From a virus (Duplodnaviria > Caudoviricetes): a stretch of DNA of 36,524 bases. Every line of letters starts with the position of its first letter. Within the stretch, counting starts at the first letter, position 1. The notes below the pieces were generated by a model. That model was not told the DNA's origin, ran no database searches, and saw only the letters and a list, made by a program, of their open reading frames with translations. The DNA lies in IMG/VR virus record IMGVR_UViG_3300027785_000064, positions 1 to 36,524 of that record; one strand, given 5' to 3'. This document shows positions 15,816 to 23,813 of the stretch, in pieces. Made by a program: the position numbers and the translations under genes.

Positions 15816-17257
15816 TATTCCTCAATTAATAAACGTGCATTATCTACTCTAACTGAATCACCTACTACTCCTGCTTTACCTGTAATTACAATGTATTTAC
15901 CACTCAAATTAATATTTATATCCGTTCTTGCTGTTGAAGATAATGCTTCGGTAGCAGCAGATGCTGTAGCAGGAAATACTGAATTGGCAGTTACTGAATT
16001 TTTGTTTGTTATATCTCTATTGAATGGAGCAAATAAAGATGCTGCAATAAAGTTACTTAATGCAATCTGAACTGGTGAGCCACTTAAATCAGGTGTAGTA
16101 TTATAGTACATTTTAAAAACTGCATTCGAACCCGTTCCTACCTTACCACATTGAGCCATTATTTTTAACGTAGTGTTTGCTCCTAATGTAGGAACTAATA
16201 AAGTCTTTAATACTGTCTCCGCTGTTGTTGCACTTGTTGATGCATCGGTGTTACTTTGTACTGATACCTTTCTTATTCTTGTATCTGTTAATGCTGAATT
16301 ACTTGTTTCAACTATTCCTAATGTTGCAGCAGTTTTATTCTTCCACAAACTTGTAGAACTTTCGTATGCTAAAATATCCTTATCTGCTTCACTTGTTAGT
16401 AAAGTGTCATGAAGCTCTTCAAGTTCATAACCATTATCTACCTTAACATAGATAGTACCTTGTGTTATATGCGAATAAACTACATAACCAATAACTATTA
16501 AATGTAGAGGTGATAGAGGTTTTACATTTGTTATGTTTCCTGCTGTTGTTCCACTTAAATAAAGTATATCACCATCTGCCCACGTTTCAGATTGTAAACT
16601 TCCCGTTGTATTAATACCTCTTACTAATCCACTTGTAGTTATAAATCCTTCTTGGTTGTTTGCTATTGTTTCGGTTACTAATCCTATCGTCTCAGCAGAT
16701 AATACATCATTTGTTGCTAATGCTAAATCTACTTTTAATCTTTGACCTTGTGACCCCGTTACTCTTACCGCTTGATAATTTGCTTCTAATAAAGTAATGT
16801 TTGTCGCAGTCTTATTAACTACTCTTACTACTTGCTCTTGACCGATTTGTAAAGTTACATTCCCACCTTTTAATTTTAAATCTAATGTTCCATCAGTATC
16901 ATTGTAGTACATTGAACCTGCTGCTGTCGGTAGATTTGTAGGTGTATTATCAAATTCCAAATTCCCTAACTGAATACCAAACTCCCCTAAATTAACATCT
17001 GATGCTGCACCAGTATAAGGAACTTTATCTCCTAACTGCGTCTGTATAGAACTTGTAGCATCTAAGTAACTAAGCTGTGTTTCTGTTGTAGAACTTGTTT
17101 TTACCTTATTATTAGAATCTGTTACTAATACTTTACTCGCTACACTTGTACTACCTAATAATAAAATATCACCGGAAGATGTTCCGAAGTTTTTATTAAA
17201 AGCTGTGTTCTTTGCAAATGCAGGTTCTACTCCTGTAAGATTTATTGTTAATGCCAT
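15815..17257 (-). CDS. Tail fibre / receptor-binding protein
   Basis: T/S/G-rich; VPYTGAASDVNLG, LQIGQEQVVRV, GYELEELHD modules; last structural gene before lysis. Confidence 0.75.
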   Translation of the reverse strand: MALTINLTGVEPAFAKNTAFNKNFGTSSGDILLLGSTSVASKVLVTDSNNKVKTSSTTETQLSYLDATSSIQTQLGDKVPYTGAASDVNLGEFGIQLGNLEFDNTPTNLPTAAGSMYYNDTDGTLDLKLKGGNVTLQIGQEQVVRVVNKTATNITLLEANYQAVRVTGSQGQRLKVDLALATNDVLSAETIGLVTETIANNQEGFITTSGLVRGINTTGSLQSETWADGDILYLSGTTAGNITNVKPLSPLHLIVIGYVVYSHITQGTIYVKVDNGYELEELHDTLLTSEADKDILAYESSTSLWKNKTAATLGIVETSNSALTDTRIRKVSVQSNTDASTSATTAETVLKTLLVPTLGANTTLKIMAQCGKVGTGSNAVFKMYYNTTPDLSGSPVQIALSNFIAASLFAPFNRDITNKNSVTANSVFPATASAATEALSSTARTDININLSGKYIVITGKAGVVGDSVRVDNARLLIEE

Positions 17258-17898
17258 TATGCAGTTATATTAAATGTTTCTGTTGCAAAATTTGTCGATG
17301 ATCCACTCTGATTCAATACCCCGTTCACATAGATTTCATATGTTCCTGAACAGCTTCCTGCTGTTGTTGTGTAACTTCCTCCTGCTGCTACTGTTGTTAT
17401 AATCGTTCCGGTTGAACTGTATATGGTTACAACTGGACAGACAGCACTCGGTGATACATTACCTACATATGGCATTGCACATCGATCACTTGTGAATGGC
17501 AGAACAAAAGCTATACTCATCTTCCATCCCGATACACTATCCACGAATCTTTCTGTGAAATCTTCCAATGTACTTACGTTATCCTGAAAGTTCCAATCGT
17601 AAGATGGATGCTTTAACTGTGCTAAGAAATCCTTTGCAATACTCAACTGATCCGATAGTACCTCTGTCTCGTTCACTTCGCCATTCTTCACAGCATCCAT
17701 AAACAGCAAAGAGAACTTATAAGTCTCTGTCTTTGCAGAAGTACTTACATCCACTCCTTCTAATGTTACCCAATTTAATGGATACTGAATGTCACCACTT
17801 GCAGCTATCTCCCAAATGTCACCAAATCCCCATGTATTAACCTGGAGGTGATTATTTGCTATTTCTTGAAGCTGCTGAACTATTTGATTTAATGTCAT
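17257..17898 (-). CDS. Tail terminator-like protein with S/T/G-rich C-terminal extension
   Basis: GFGDIWE..YPL, EVLSDQLSIAKD, FTERF.D.VSGW; position after the head-tail adaptor. Confidence 0.55.
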   Translation of the reverse strand: MTLNQIVQQLQEIANNHLQVNTWGFGDIWEIAASGDIQYPLNWVTLEGVDVSTSAKTETYKFSLLFMDAVKNGEVNETEVLSDQLSIAKDFLAQLKHPSYDWNFQDNVSTLEDFTERFVDSVSGWKMSIAFVLPFTSDRCAMPYVGNVSPSAVCPVVTIYSSTGTIITTVAAGGSYTTTAGSCSGTYEIYVNGVLNQSGSSTNFATETFNITA

Positions 17899-17962
17899 TC
17901 TTTTTCTTTATAAAATAGTCCTTAACTTTTTGTTCTACCTTCTTAGATATGTCTCTTTTCAT
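17852..17962 (-). CDS. Small basic protein (36 aa), not in ORF track
   Basis: ATG immediately after the adaptor stop; MKRDISKKVEQKVKDYFIKKK... Confidence 0.45.
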   Translation of the reverse strand: MKRDISKKVEQKVKDYFIKKKNDIKSNSSAASRNSK

Positions 17963-18532
17963 TTAGCAATTGTTTAGTTTACCATAATCAATATCTAATC
18001 CATAACTATTCAGACCTTCCCCTAAATACCACCCTTGAGTAAAATTATTAACCACCGGTTGAACTGTATCGATACCATTCCCTGCATCATTGTATAATGG
18101 ATAGGTAGTATCGTTCTCTAATAAGTACCTGGTAATACGATCAGAATAGAACTCTGCTCTATCCTTAAAGAATGCCATTAATCTATCTAACTCAGCTACT
18201 CCGATTGTCTCAGCATTCTCAGAACTGCGAGTAACTACTCCCTTGTTCATGATCTTATACTGTAAGATATACGCTCCATCATGTAACACCCAATACTTTA
18301 AAGCAGGTGATACATAGGTATCTAATAAGGTCTTATAGCCAGTGGTTGAATTGACTGTATTGTTAGAGATCTTACTCTTTAAGTCATTGTATAAAGCTGT
18401 GCCTAATATAGATAAGATACGGATATCTTGTGTCTCTAAGATACTTGAACGCAATAACTTGATGTCTACATTCTCATCGATATAGGATGTATCTTTAATG
18501 TACTGCTCTGATATAAATAATATTTCTGCCAT
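17963..18532 (-). CDS. Head-tail adaptor
   Basis: LFISE..IK......NVD......QD......LGTALY; directly after the portal. Confidence 0.65.
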   Translation of the reverse strand: MAEILFISEQYIKDTSYIDENVDIKLLRSSILETQDIRILSILGTALYNDLKSKISNNTVNSTTGYKTLLDTYVSPALKYWVLHDGAYILQYKIMNKGVVTRSSENAETIGVAELDRLMAFFKDRAEFYSDRITRYLLENDTTYPLYNDAGNGIDTVQPVVNNFTQGWYLGEGLNSYGLDIDYGKLNNC

Positions 18533-18533
18533 T

Positions 18534-20468
18534 TTAATTTGTTTTTATTACTACTTGTTTCCAAAGATGTCTACAAAATGGAACACTTACACCGCCTTTA
18601 TTCCACCATCCACCTCTAGACTCCCACACATCTAATCCCTGTTCATTGTTTAATGTTTCAATCTCTGATCGTGAGTATAACTTATCTTTGTTTAATAAAT
18701 CAACACAGAAATCTCTGCTATTCTTTTTGTCTGTTGCATCGAATCCTGCTCTCCATCCATAACGATACTTAACTTCGATATTGTCAGTCTTTGAATCTTC
18801 ACTTGCTTTCTCGCCCTTCTTTGTTGGTTCACTTCCCGAACTTAAATAACCCCTCTCAACTAATGATGTAATGATGTCATTTACTTCGGCTGTGCTAATC
18901 TTTAATACCTTTGCGATACTCTCGCTTGGCGTTAATACATCCTTGCTTAAAAGGTCTATAATAGCTTTCTCATTAGTCAGTAATTCTTCAGCAAATTTCT
19001 CTTTCTTAAATGTCTCAATACAATCCTCATCGCTCTGCCCTTCATAATCTCTTTCGTATAAGATGGTACAATCAGATGCCTTTATTCCGATGTTATCGAA
19101 CCACTGATGTTCACACTTTTTTTTTTCAGCACTAAATAATGATGGTTGTTTTGATGTTGGCATTAATCCCACTAATCCTCTAATCTCATCGGCTGTCATA
19201 CTTTCGAGAACCTTATTCGCTACTAATGGACTTAATGTATTAATTGCATCGATTACAGCTTGACCTGCTTGTGTTTTATCTTGTGTTAATGGTTTTAATC
19301 CTAACAGTTCTCTAACTTCTTGAGGTGTATATGCTTGTTGAATTAATGATTCAGGAATACTACTTTTTAATGGTGTTGATTTAGCAAAGTAGATATAATT
19401 AGCAATACCAAAGTAAGAAGAGAACTCATTGATAATATCCTCTAAGATTCCTTGTCTGATAGAAATGTATGTCGATTGGAATAACTCATAGGCATCTAAC
19501 ATCTCATTCCTTTGCCCTAATGCTCCTTGTGTTGATACCCCAAATAACACTGGACTAACTATGTTATGCGATGTGAATATCTCCTGATCAACTCGTTTGC
19601 CTATCTCAATGAACTGCTTATCTAAATCATTCGGACTGAATGACTGTATTGTAGGTGCATTATCTTGAGATGCGTTGAACGTAATCACTAACCCACCTGC
19701 TTTATCTGTTCCGGTAGCTTTCTGCTTTATCTGTCTTTCAATCTGCTTCTTTGCTTCTTCTGTTGGAGGAACTCCATTGTTGAACGATATAATCTGTCCC
19801 ATACTGAATCCCGATTTGATGTTATTCAAATGGAAGTTAGATATCTCAATGTCTGTCTCTATTGCAGATGTTGCTCCGATATAATTCGGTATACCATATA
19901 CGTTCTTATCAACACCATTCTTAGGTGACTTCAGCTTAAATACAAACAACTGACTTCCCTTAACTTTGTTCTCATAATCAAATGGTGCTAACTCTTTAAA
20001 TCCCGTTTTTTCTTCTGTCTGTTTGGATTGTTTCCAATCGTTTGAATAGAAGTATACTGATTCATCTGCATTGGTTCTGATCTTACTGATGGGCATATAT
20101 GCGAAATCAGCGATTTCATTCCCCAATTTATCATATATTATCTCGATTGCAATCGAATTAAATAACTCAAAATCCTTAATCATGTCATTGATAAAAGGTT
20201 TCAGCTTACTAATAAACTTCTGAGTAATTGCTTTCTGATTAACTGTTGAGGTCTTATCATCAGTAACTAAACCACCTCCATAGATGTAGTTAGTCTTGCC
20301 ATTGATAATAGCATTGTGTTTCGCACATCTTAGATACAACTCTATAAGGTAATCGGGATAGTTATTATCCTCACCAAAGTAGATATACTCCTTATTTTTT
20401 ACCTCTTTAAATTCGGGAACTTTATGATTCTCAAACTTTATGTATAATACGTTACTGGTTTCGCTCAT
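18534..20468 (-). CDS. Portal protein with C-terminal extension
   Basis: FGEDNNYP.YL, HNAIINGK, YG.P.Y..A, FHLNNIKSGF, SH...SPVLFG, T..E.R...GL motifs. Confidence 0.85.
   Translation of the reverse strand: MSETSNVLYIKFENHKVPEFKEVKNKEYIYFGEDNNYPDYLIELYLRCAKHNAIINGKTNYIYGGGLVTDDKTSTVNQKAITQKFISKLKPFINDMIKDFELFNSIAIEIIYDKLGNEIADFAYMPISKIRTNADESVYFYSNDWKQSKQTEEKTGFKELAPFDYENKVKGSQLFVFKLKSPKNGVDKNVYGIPNYIGATSAIETDIEISNFHLNNIKSGFSMGQIISFNNGVPPTEEAKKQIERQIKQKATGTDKAGGLVITFNASQDNAPTIQSFSPNDLDKQFIEIGKRVDQEIFTSHNIVSPVLFGVSTQGALGQRNEMLDAYELFQSTYISIRQGILEDIINEFSSYFGIANYIYFAKSTPLKSSIPESLIQQAYTPQEVRELLGLKPLTQDKTQAGQAVIDAINTLSPLVANKVLESMTADEIRGLVGLMPTSKQPSLFSAEKKKCEHQWFDNIGIKASDCTILYERDYEGQSDEDCIETFKKEKFAEELLTNEKAIIDLLSKDVLTPSESIAKVLKISTAEVNDIITSLVERGYLSSGSEPTKKGEKASEDSKTDNIEVKYRYGWRAGFDATDKKNSRDFCVDLLNKDKLYSRSEIETLNNEQGLDVWESRGGWWNKGGVSVPFCRHLWKQVVIKTN
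19111..19126 (-). other. Candidate -1 frameshift site A AAA AAG with immediate -1 frame stop
   Basis: GAA AAA AAA AAG TGT GAA (codons 448-453); the -1 frame reads AAA GTG TGA. Confidence 0.55.
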
Positions 20469-20859
20469 GTACTTTATATGTTATATCCTGACCATTATAG
20501 GTTGAGTAAGATTCGTTTGTTCCGATTACCTTAGCCATTCCTATCTCTAATAAATTACCTGCATTAGCTTCAATCAGATTGGTGCTTGATGCTTGTTCGT
20601 ATATCTTATAAGTCCAACTGCCTAATGGTAACAATTCAATTGTTCCACTTGAGTAGTTTATTGTTCCGCTTGTTTCTGTTAGTATGAACTCATCATATCG
20701 CTCCTGGTGAGTACTGATGTTTGACTGTAAGAAAGTAACACTTACATCGGTTACATCATTAGTAAACACAAACAAATAGTAAGGACTTGTTAAAGTCACT
20801 TTCTCCTGCAATGTGCAGATCAAATTAGTATTAGTATTCTTTGTGATTACAAACATCAT
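20452..20859 (-). CDS. Virion structural protein (unknown role)
   Basis: Beta-rich 135 aa between the major tail and portal genes, with its own late promoter. Confidence 0.6.
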   Translation of the reverse strand: MMFVITKNTNTNLICTLQEKVTLTSPYYLFVFTNDVTDVSVTFLQSNISTHQERYDEFILTETSGTINYSSGTIELLPLGSWTYKIYEQASSTNLIEANAGNLLEIGMAKVIGTNESYSTYNGQDITYKVHERNQ

Positions 20860-20861
20860 AA

Positions 20862-20889
20862 ATAAGTATAAGAAAATACGATTTTGTGT
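20862..20889 (-). promoter_or_regulatory. Late promoter ACACAA-N13-TATACTTAT
   Basis: One of five identically spaced copies. Confidence 0.8.
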
Positions 20890-20920
20890 AAAAAAAAAGA
20901 GCGAACCTTTCGATTCACTC
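20890..20920 (-). terminator. Rho-independent terminator after the major tail gene
   Basis: GAGTGAATC-GAAA-GGTTCGCTC followed by T9. Confidence 0.9.
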
Positions 20921-20957
20921 CTCTTTTTCTAAACCTAAAAACTATGAAATAAAAAGG

Positions 20958-21485
20958 TTAAGCAGGTACTGTTAATGTTGTTAGCAATGCTGCAGTTACA
21001 AAGTTAGCAGGATCTTTCTCTTTACCGGTGATTGTCAATGTATAACCCGACATATCTCCGAATGCTTTTCCTGTTGTTCCTTCTGCACCTGTTACATCTG
21101 CTCCGTAAACTTGTCCAATCAATTGGTAAAGTCCATTGTTATCTTTTACGATAACCATTAAACGATTCTGTAATAAGATATGCAATGCGTTTCTTTTTGC
21201 AGCAGTCATCTTACCTTTCAATGTGAAGGTAACAGATTGGTCATAAAATAATGTACCATTCTCAACACTTCTTTGAGGTGTAGACATGAATTGACCATTC
21301 TCTTTCTCAAGATAAAATGTCCAAAACTTTTTACCACTTGAACAAGTCATTGCAGTAATAACTCCTGATGTCGCTGTGATGTTCGCTTGAGGAACATTTG
21401 TGTACTCGGTGAGATAAATCTCAGCTACTCCACCAATTGCATCAGCACAATCGATTTCTACTCCGTTAATTATTATACAAGGCAT
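20958..21485 (-). CDS. Major tail (tube) protein
   Basis: C.DAIGGV, ENGTLFYDQ, TGKAFGDMSGYTLTITGKE; follows the capsid gene. Confidence 0.75.
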   Translation of the reverse strand: MPCIIINGVEIDCADAIGGVAEIYLTEYTNVPQANITATSGVITAMTCSSGKKFWTFYLEKENGQFMSTPQRSVENGTLFYDQSVTFTLKGKMTAAKRNALHILLQNRLMVIVKDNNGLYQLIGQVYGADVTGAEGTTGKAFGDMSGYTLTITGKEKDPANFVTAALLTTLTVPA

Positions 21486-21502
21486 TTGTTATAAGTATTT
21501 AA

Positions 21503-21524
21503 GGGAGAGGTGTTACCCTCTCCC
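21503..21524 (-). terminator. Hairpin between capsid and major tail genes
   Basis: GGGAGAGG-N6-CCTCTCCC perfect 8-bp stem, weak U tail. Confidence 0.65.
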
Positions 21525-21530
21525 GATTAA

Positions 21531-22496
21531 TTAGATATTTTTGTAAGTCACGATCTCAGATCCAAAGTTAATTTGACATCCTGCTTTCCACTTGATAGAA
21601 CCTTTTACGTTCTGATCATCTGCTGAATACCAAAATTTAGCTTCTTCATATTCGTTAGCTAAGTCAGTTCCATAAACCATGTTCTGAGGATAGCTACAAA
21701 CGATACGATCGTTATACTTCGCTTGAGATGTTGCAATGTTGTTCAAACCATGAACAGCTACAACTGATAAGCCACTACCTGGTAATGTAATCTGACCAGT
21801 CTTGTATGCTTCTGTAGTGTTTACATTGAAGTTAAAATTATCAGCATCTTTAAGAGCGATGATTAACTTACGGAATGTATCCCATCCACAGAATGCTACT
21901 AATGGATACTCAGGTCTTGCCAATAAAGCTACTGGAATCTTAGCATAAACATCATCAAAGATAGTGATAACATTTGCAGTAGTGATAGCTGCTGTTGCTG
22001 TTGCGTACACTGGAGATGCTGCATCAATTACTTTCAACCATCCATCCATTTGCTTCAATACTTGGTTACCTGTTGAAGTAGTATCACCTTGCCATACTAA
22101 CTGCTCCATACCGGAAGCAATGTTCTGAACAACTTGATCAACAATTAACTGTTCGAAAGGCAAAGAATCATAGTTAGAACCTGCGATTAATTTCGTAGAT
22201 AAAAACTTAGCTTCTAATGTCTCAGGGCAGAAAGTATCTTGCCATTTTAATTTAGTTACTGTCAAAATTCTATCAGAGAAAACTGATGAACCTGATGCGT
22301 TAAAAGAACATACACCACCTGCTTGAAAAGGAGCAGTATTTGTGAAGTTCATTACTGATTCAGCATTCTTGATACCTGCAATGATATTGATACCAGGATA
22401 CTGTAATGTTGCAGCTTGTGTAATTGCTGCTGTAAAAATTCTGTCCGCGTTCTCGCGAACATAATCTGTTAAATCGGAAACTGTAAATCCAGCCAT
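21531..22496 (-). CDS. Major capsid protein
   Basis: 321 aa after protease and scaffold; C.F.ASG, FCP..LE, E..VWQGD, DGWLK, GTDL motifs. Confidence 0.85.
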   Translation of the reverse strand: MAGFTVSDLTDYVRENADRIFTAAITQAATLQYPGINIIAGIKNAESVMNFTNTAPFQAGGVCSFNASGSSVFSDRILTVTKLKWQDTFCPETLEAKFLSTKLIAGSNYDSLPFEQLIVDQVVQNIASGMEQLVWQGDTTSTGNQVLKQMDGWLKVIDAASPVYATATAAITTANVITIFDDVYAKIPVALLARPEYPLVAFCGWDTFRKLIIALKDADNFNFNVNTTEAYKTGQITLPGSGLSVVAVHGLNNIATSQAKYNDRIVCSYPQNMVYGTDLANEYEEAKFWYSADDQNVKGSIKWKAGCQINFGSEIVTYKNI

Positions 22497-22520
22497 TTGT
22501 TTAAATTTATTTAGTTAATA

Positions 22521-23165
22521 TTATTTGTTTAATTCTTTTTCAATTCGTAATATATCAGCTTTGAAAGATGCTCTTTGCTCCTTCACAGAGAATGGCTTAT
22601 TTACCTTTTCTGTTGGTGTTACTGATGGTTCGTTAGAGATTGCCTTAACAATTCCGAACATCTCTTTGTTGATGTCTTTCAATGCTTTGTTCTCATCAAC
22701 TAATGACTTAAACATAGAACTGAAATCTACCTTTATTGGTTCGAATCCTTCAAGTTCTAAAGAGAAGATATGCTCTTCAACTTGTGACTTAATAACTCGC
22801 TTTGGTGCAGTCTTAACTTCCATTTCTCCTGTTGCAGGTGTTGCTTCTTCTACTGCTACTGGTGCGATTGTTTCGCCTTCAGGTAGTTCTTCAGCTTTCT
22901 CATATTCTGCTACAAGTCCACCCATTACAACTAACTTAGAACCATCCTCCATTACATATTCTCCATCAGGCATCGGAAGGATTCCCTCATCTGTTACTAC
23001 ATTAACCGGTACACCTTGTGCTAATTCCTCAGCATCATACTGAACGATAGTTACACCATCCATCAACTTAGCTTCTGTAAAAGATTGTTCTGTACTTACA
23101 ATAGGTTCTACATTGAATTTCTCAATCAGACCTTTCAATTTTTCGATTCCTTCTTTTAAATTCAT
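22521..23165 (-). CDS. Capsid scaffold-like acidic protein
   Basis: PDGEYVMEDG..LVV..G motif, E-rich, between protease and capsid. Confidence 0.65.
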   Translation of the reverse strand: MNLKEGIEKLKGLIEKFNVEPIVSTEQSFTEAKLMDGVTIVQYDAEELAQGVPVNVVTDEGILPMPDGEYVMEDGSKLVVMGGLVAEYEKAEELPEGETIAPVAVEEATPATGEMEVKTAPKRVIKSQVEEHIFSLELEGFEPIKVDFSSMFKSLVDENKALKDINKEMFGIVKAISNEPSVTPTEKVNKPFSVKEQRASFKADILRIEKELNK

Positions 23166-23179
23166 TTTGTTTTTTATAT

Positions 23180-23207
23180 ATAAGTATAGTTAAATTTAGT
23201 ATTGTGT
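23180..23207 (-). promoter_or_regulatory. Late promoter ACACAA-N13-TATACTTAT
   Basis: One of five identically spaced copies. Confidence 0.8.
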
Positions 23208-23780
23208 AATCTGATTTAGTATTTTTAAGAATTGATCTTCAAATGTTTCCTTATAAGGAACTAAATCAAACATCCCCTCTACCGATACCCCTTTGAAATT
23301 ACCGCTTTTTACAAACTCATTCCACATCTCATCATCTTGGAACTTGTAAGATATAAACCATGTACCATCGGGAAGATCACTGAACATCTCAGGTGCTTTG
23401 ATTCCCATTGATGCATCTGATACCCATGAATTTTTCATGATGATACCATCTAACTTCTTAGAACCATCATGCATCTCGTTTACATTGTTGATATAGTTCT
23501 TACTCATGAACTTCTCCTGCATGATATTAATCTGCTCTTTGTCGAATATCACATAGAACTCACCCATCTTCTCGTTCCTGCGATAGATCGGTAAGTCGGG
23601 AATCATTGCAGGTGATACGATTATCTTTCGTTCCTGGTTAACTGCAAACTGCTCTTTGTGGTCAAATGCAAACCAATTAACTTGAATTGCAGGTGAATCA
23701 ACTAAGGCGATATAATCAACTCCCGAATCTTCTTTGTCGGGATCAATAACCATTCTGTAAATCGGTAAGTCTTTATCCAT
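23196..23780 (-). CDS. Prohead serine protease (XkdF-like)
   Basis: IALVDSPAI, PAMIPD.PIYR, NEMH, PDGTWF, FKGVSVEG. Confidence 0.85.
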   Translation of the reverse strand: MDKDLPIYRMVIDPDKEDSGVDYIALVDSPAIQVNWFAFDHKEQFAVNQERKIIVSPAMIPDLPIYRRNEKMGEFYVIFDKEQINIMQEKFMSKNYINNVNEMHDGSKKLDGIIMKNSWVSDASMGIKAPEMFSDLPDGTWFISYKFQDDEMWNEFVKSGNFKGVSVEGMFDLVPYKETFEDQFLKILNQITQY

Positions 23781-23784
23781 ATTA

Positions 23785-23812
23785 ATAAGTATAAATAATC
23801 TATTGTTTGTGT
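23785..23812 (-). promoter_or_regulatory. Late promoter ACACAA-N13-TATACTTAT
   Basis: One of five identically spaced copies. Confidence 0.8.
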
Positions 23813-23813
23813 A

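Noticed and set aside
15815-17257. Diversity-generating retroelement or invertible cassette at the tail fibre
   Set aside because: No reverse transcriptase, recombinase or template/variable repeat pair seen
20937-20952. + strand AAAACT-ATG AAA TAA minigene
   Set aside because: No promoter seen on that strand; easily arises in an A-rich intergenic tract
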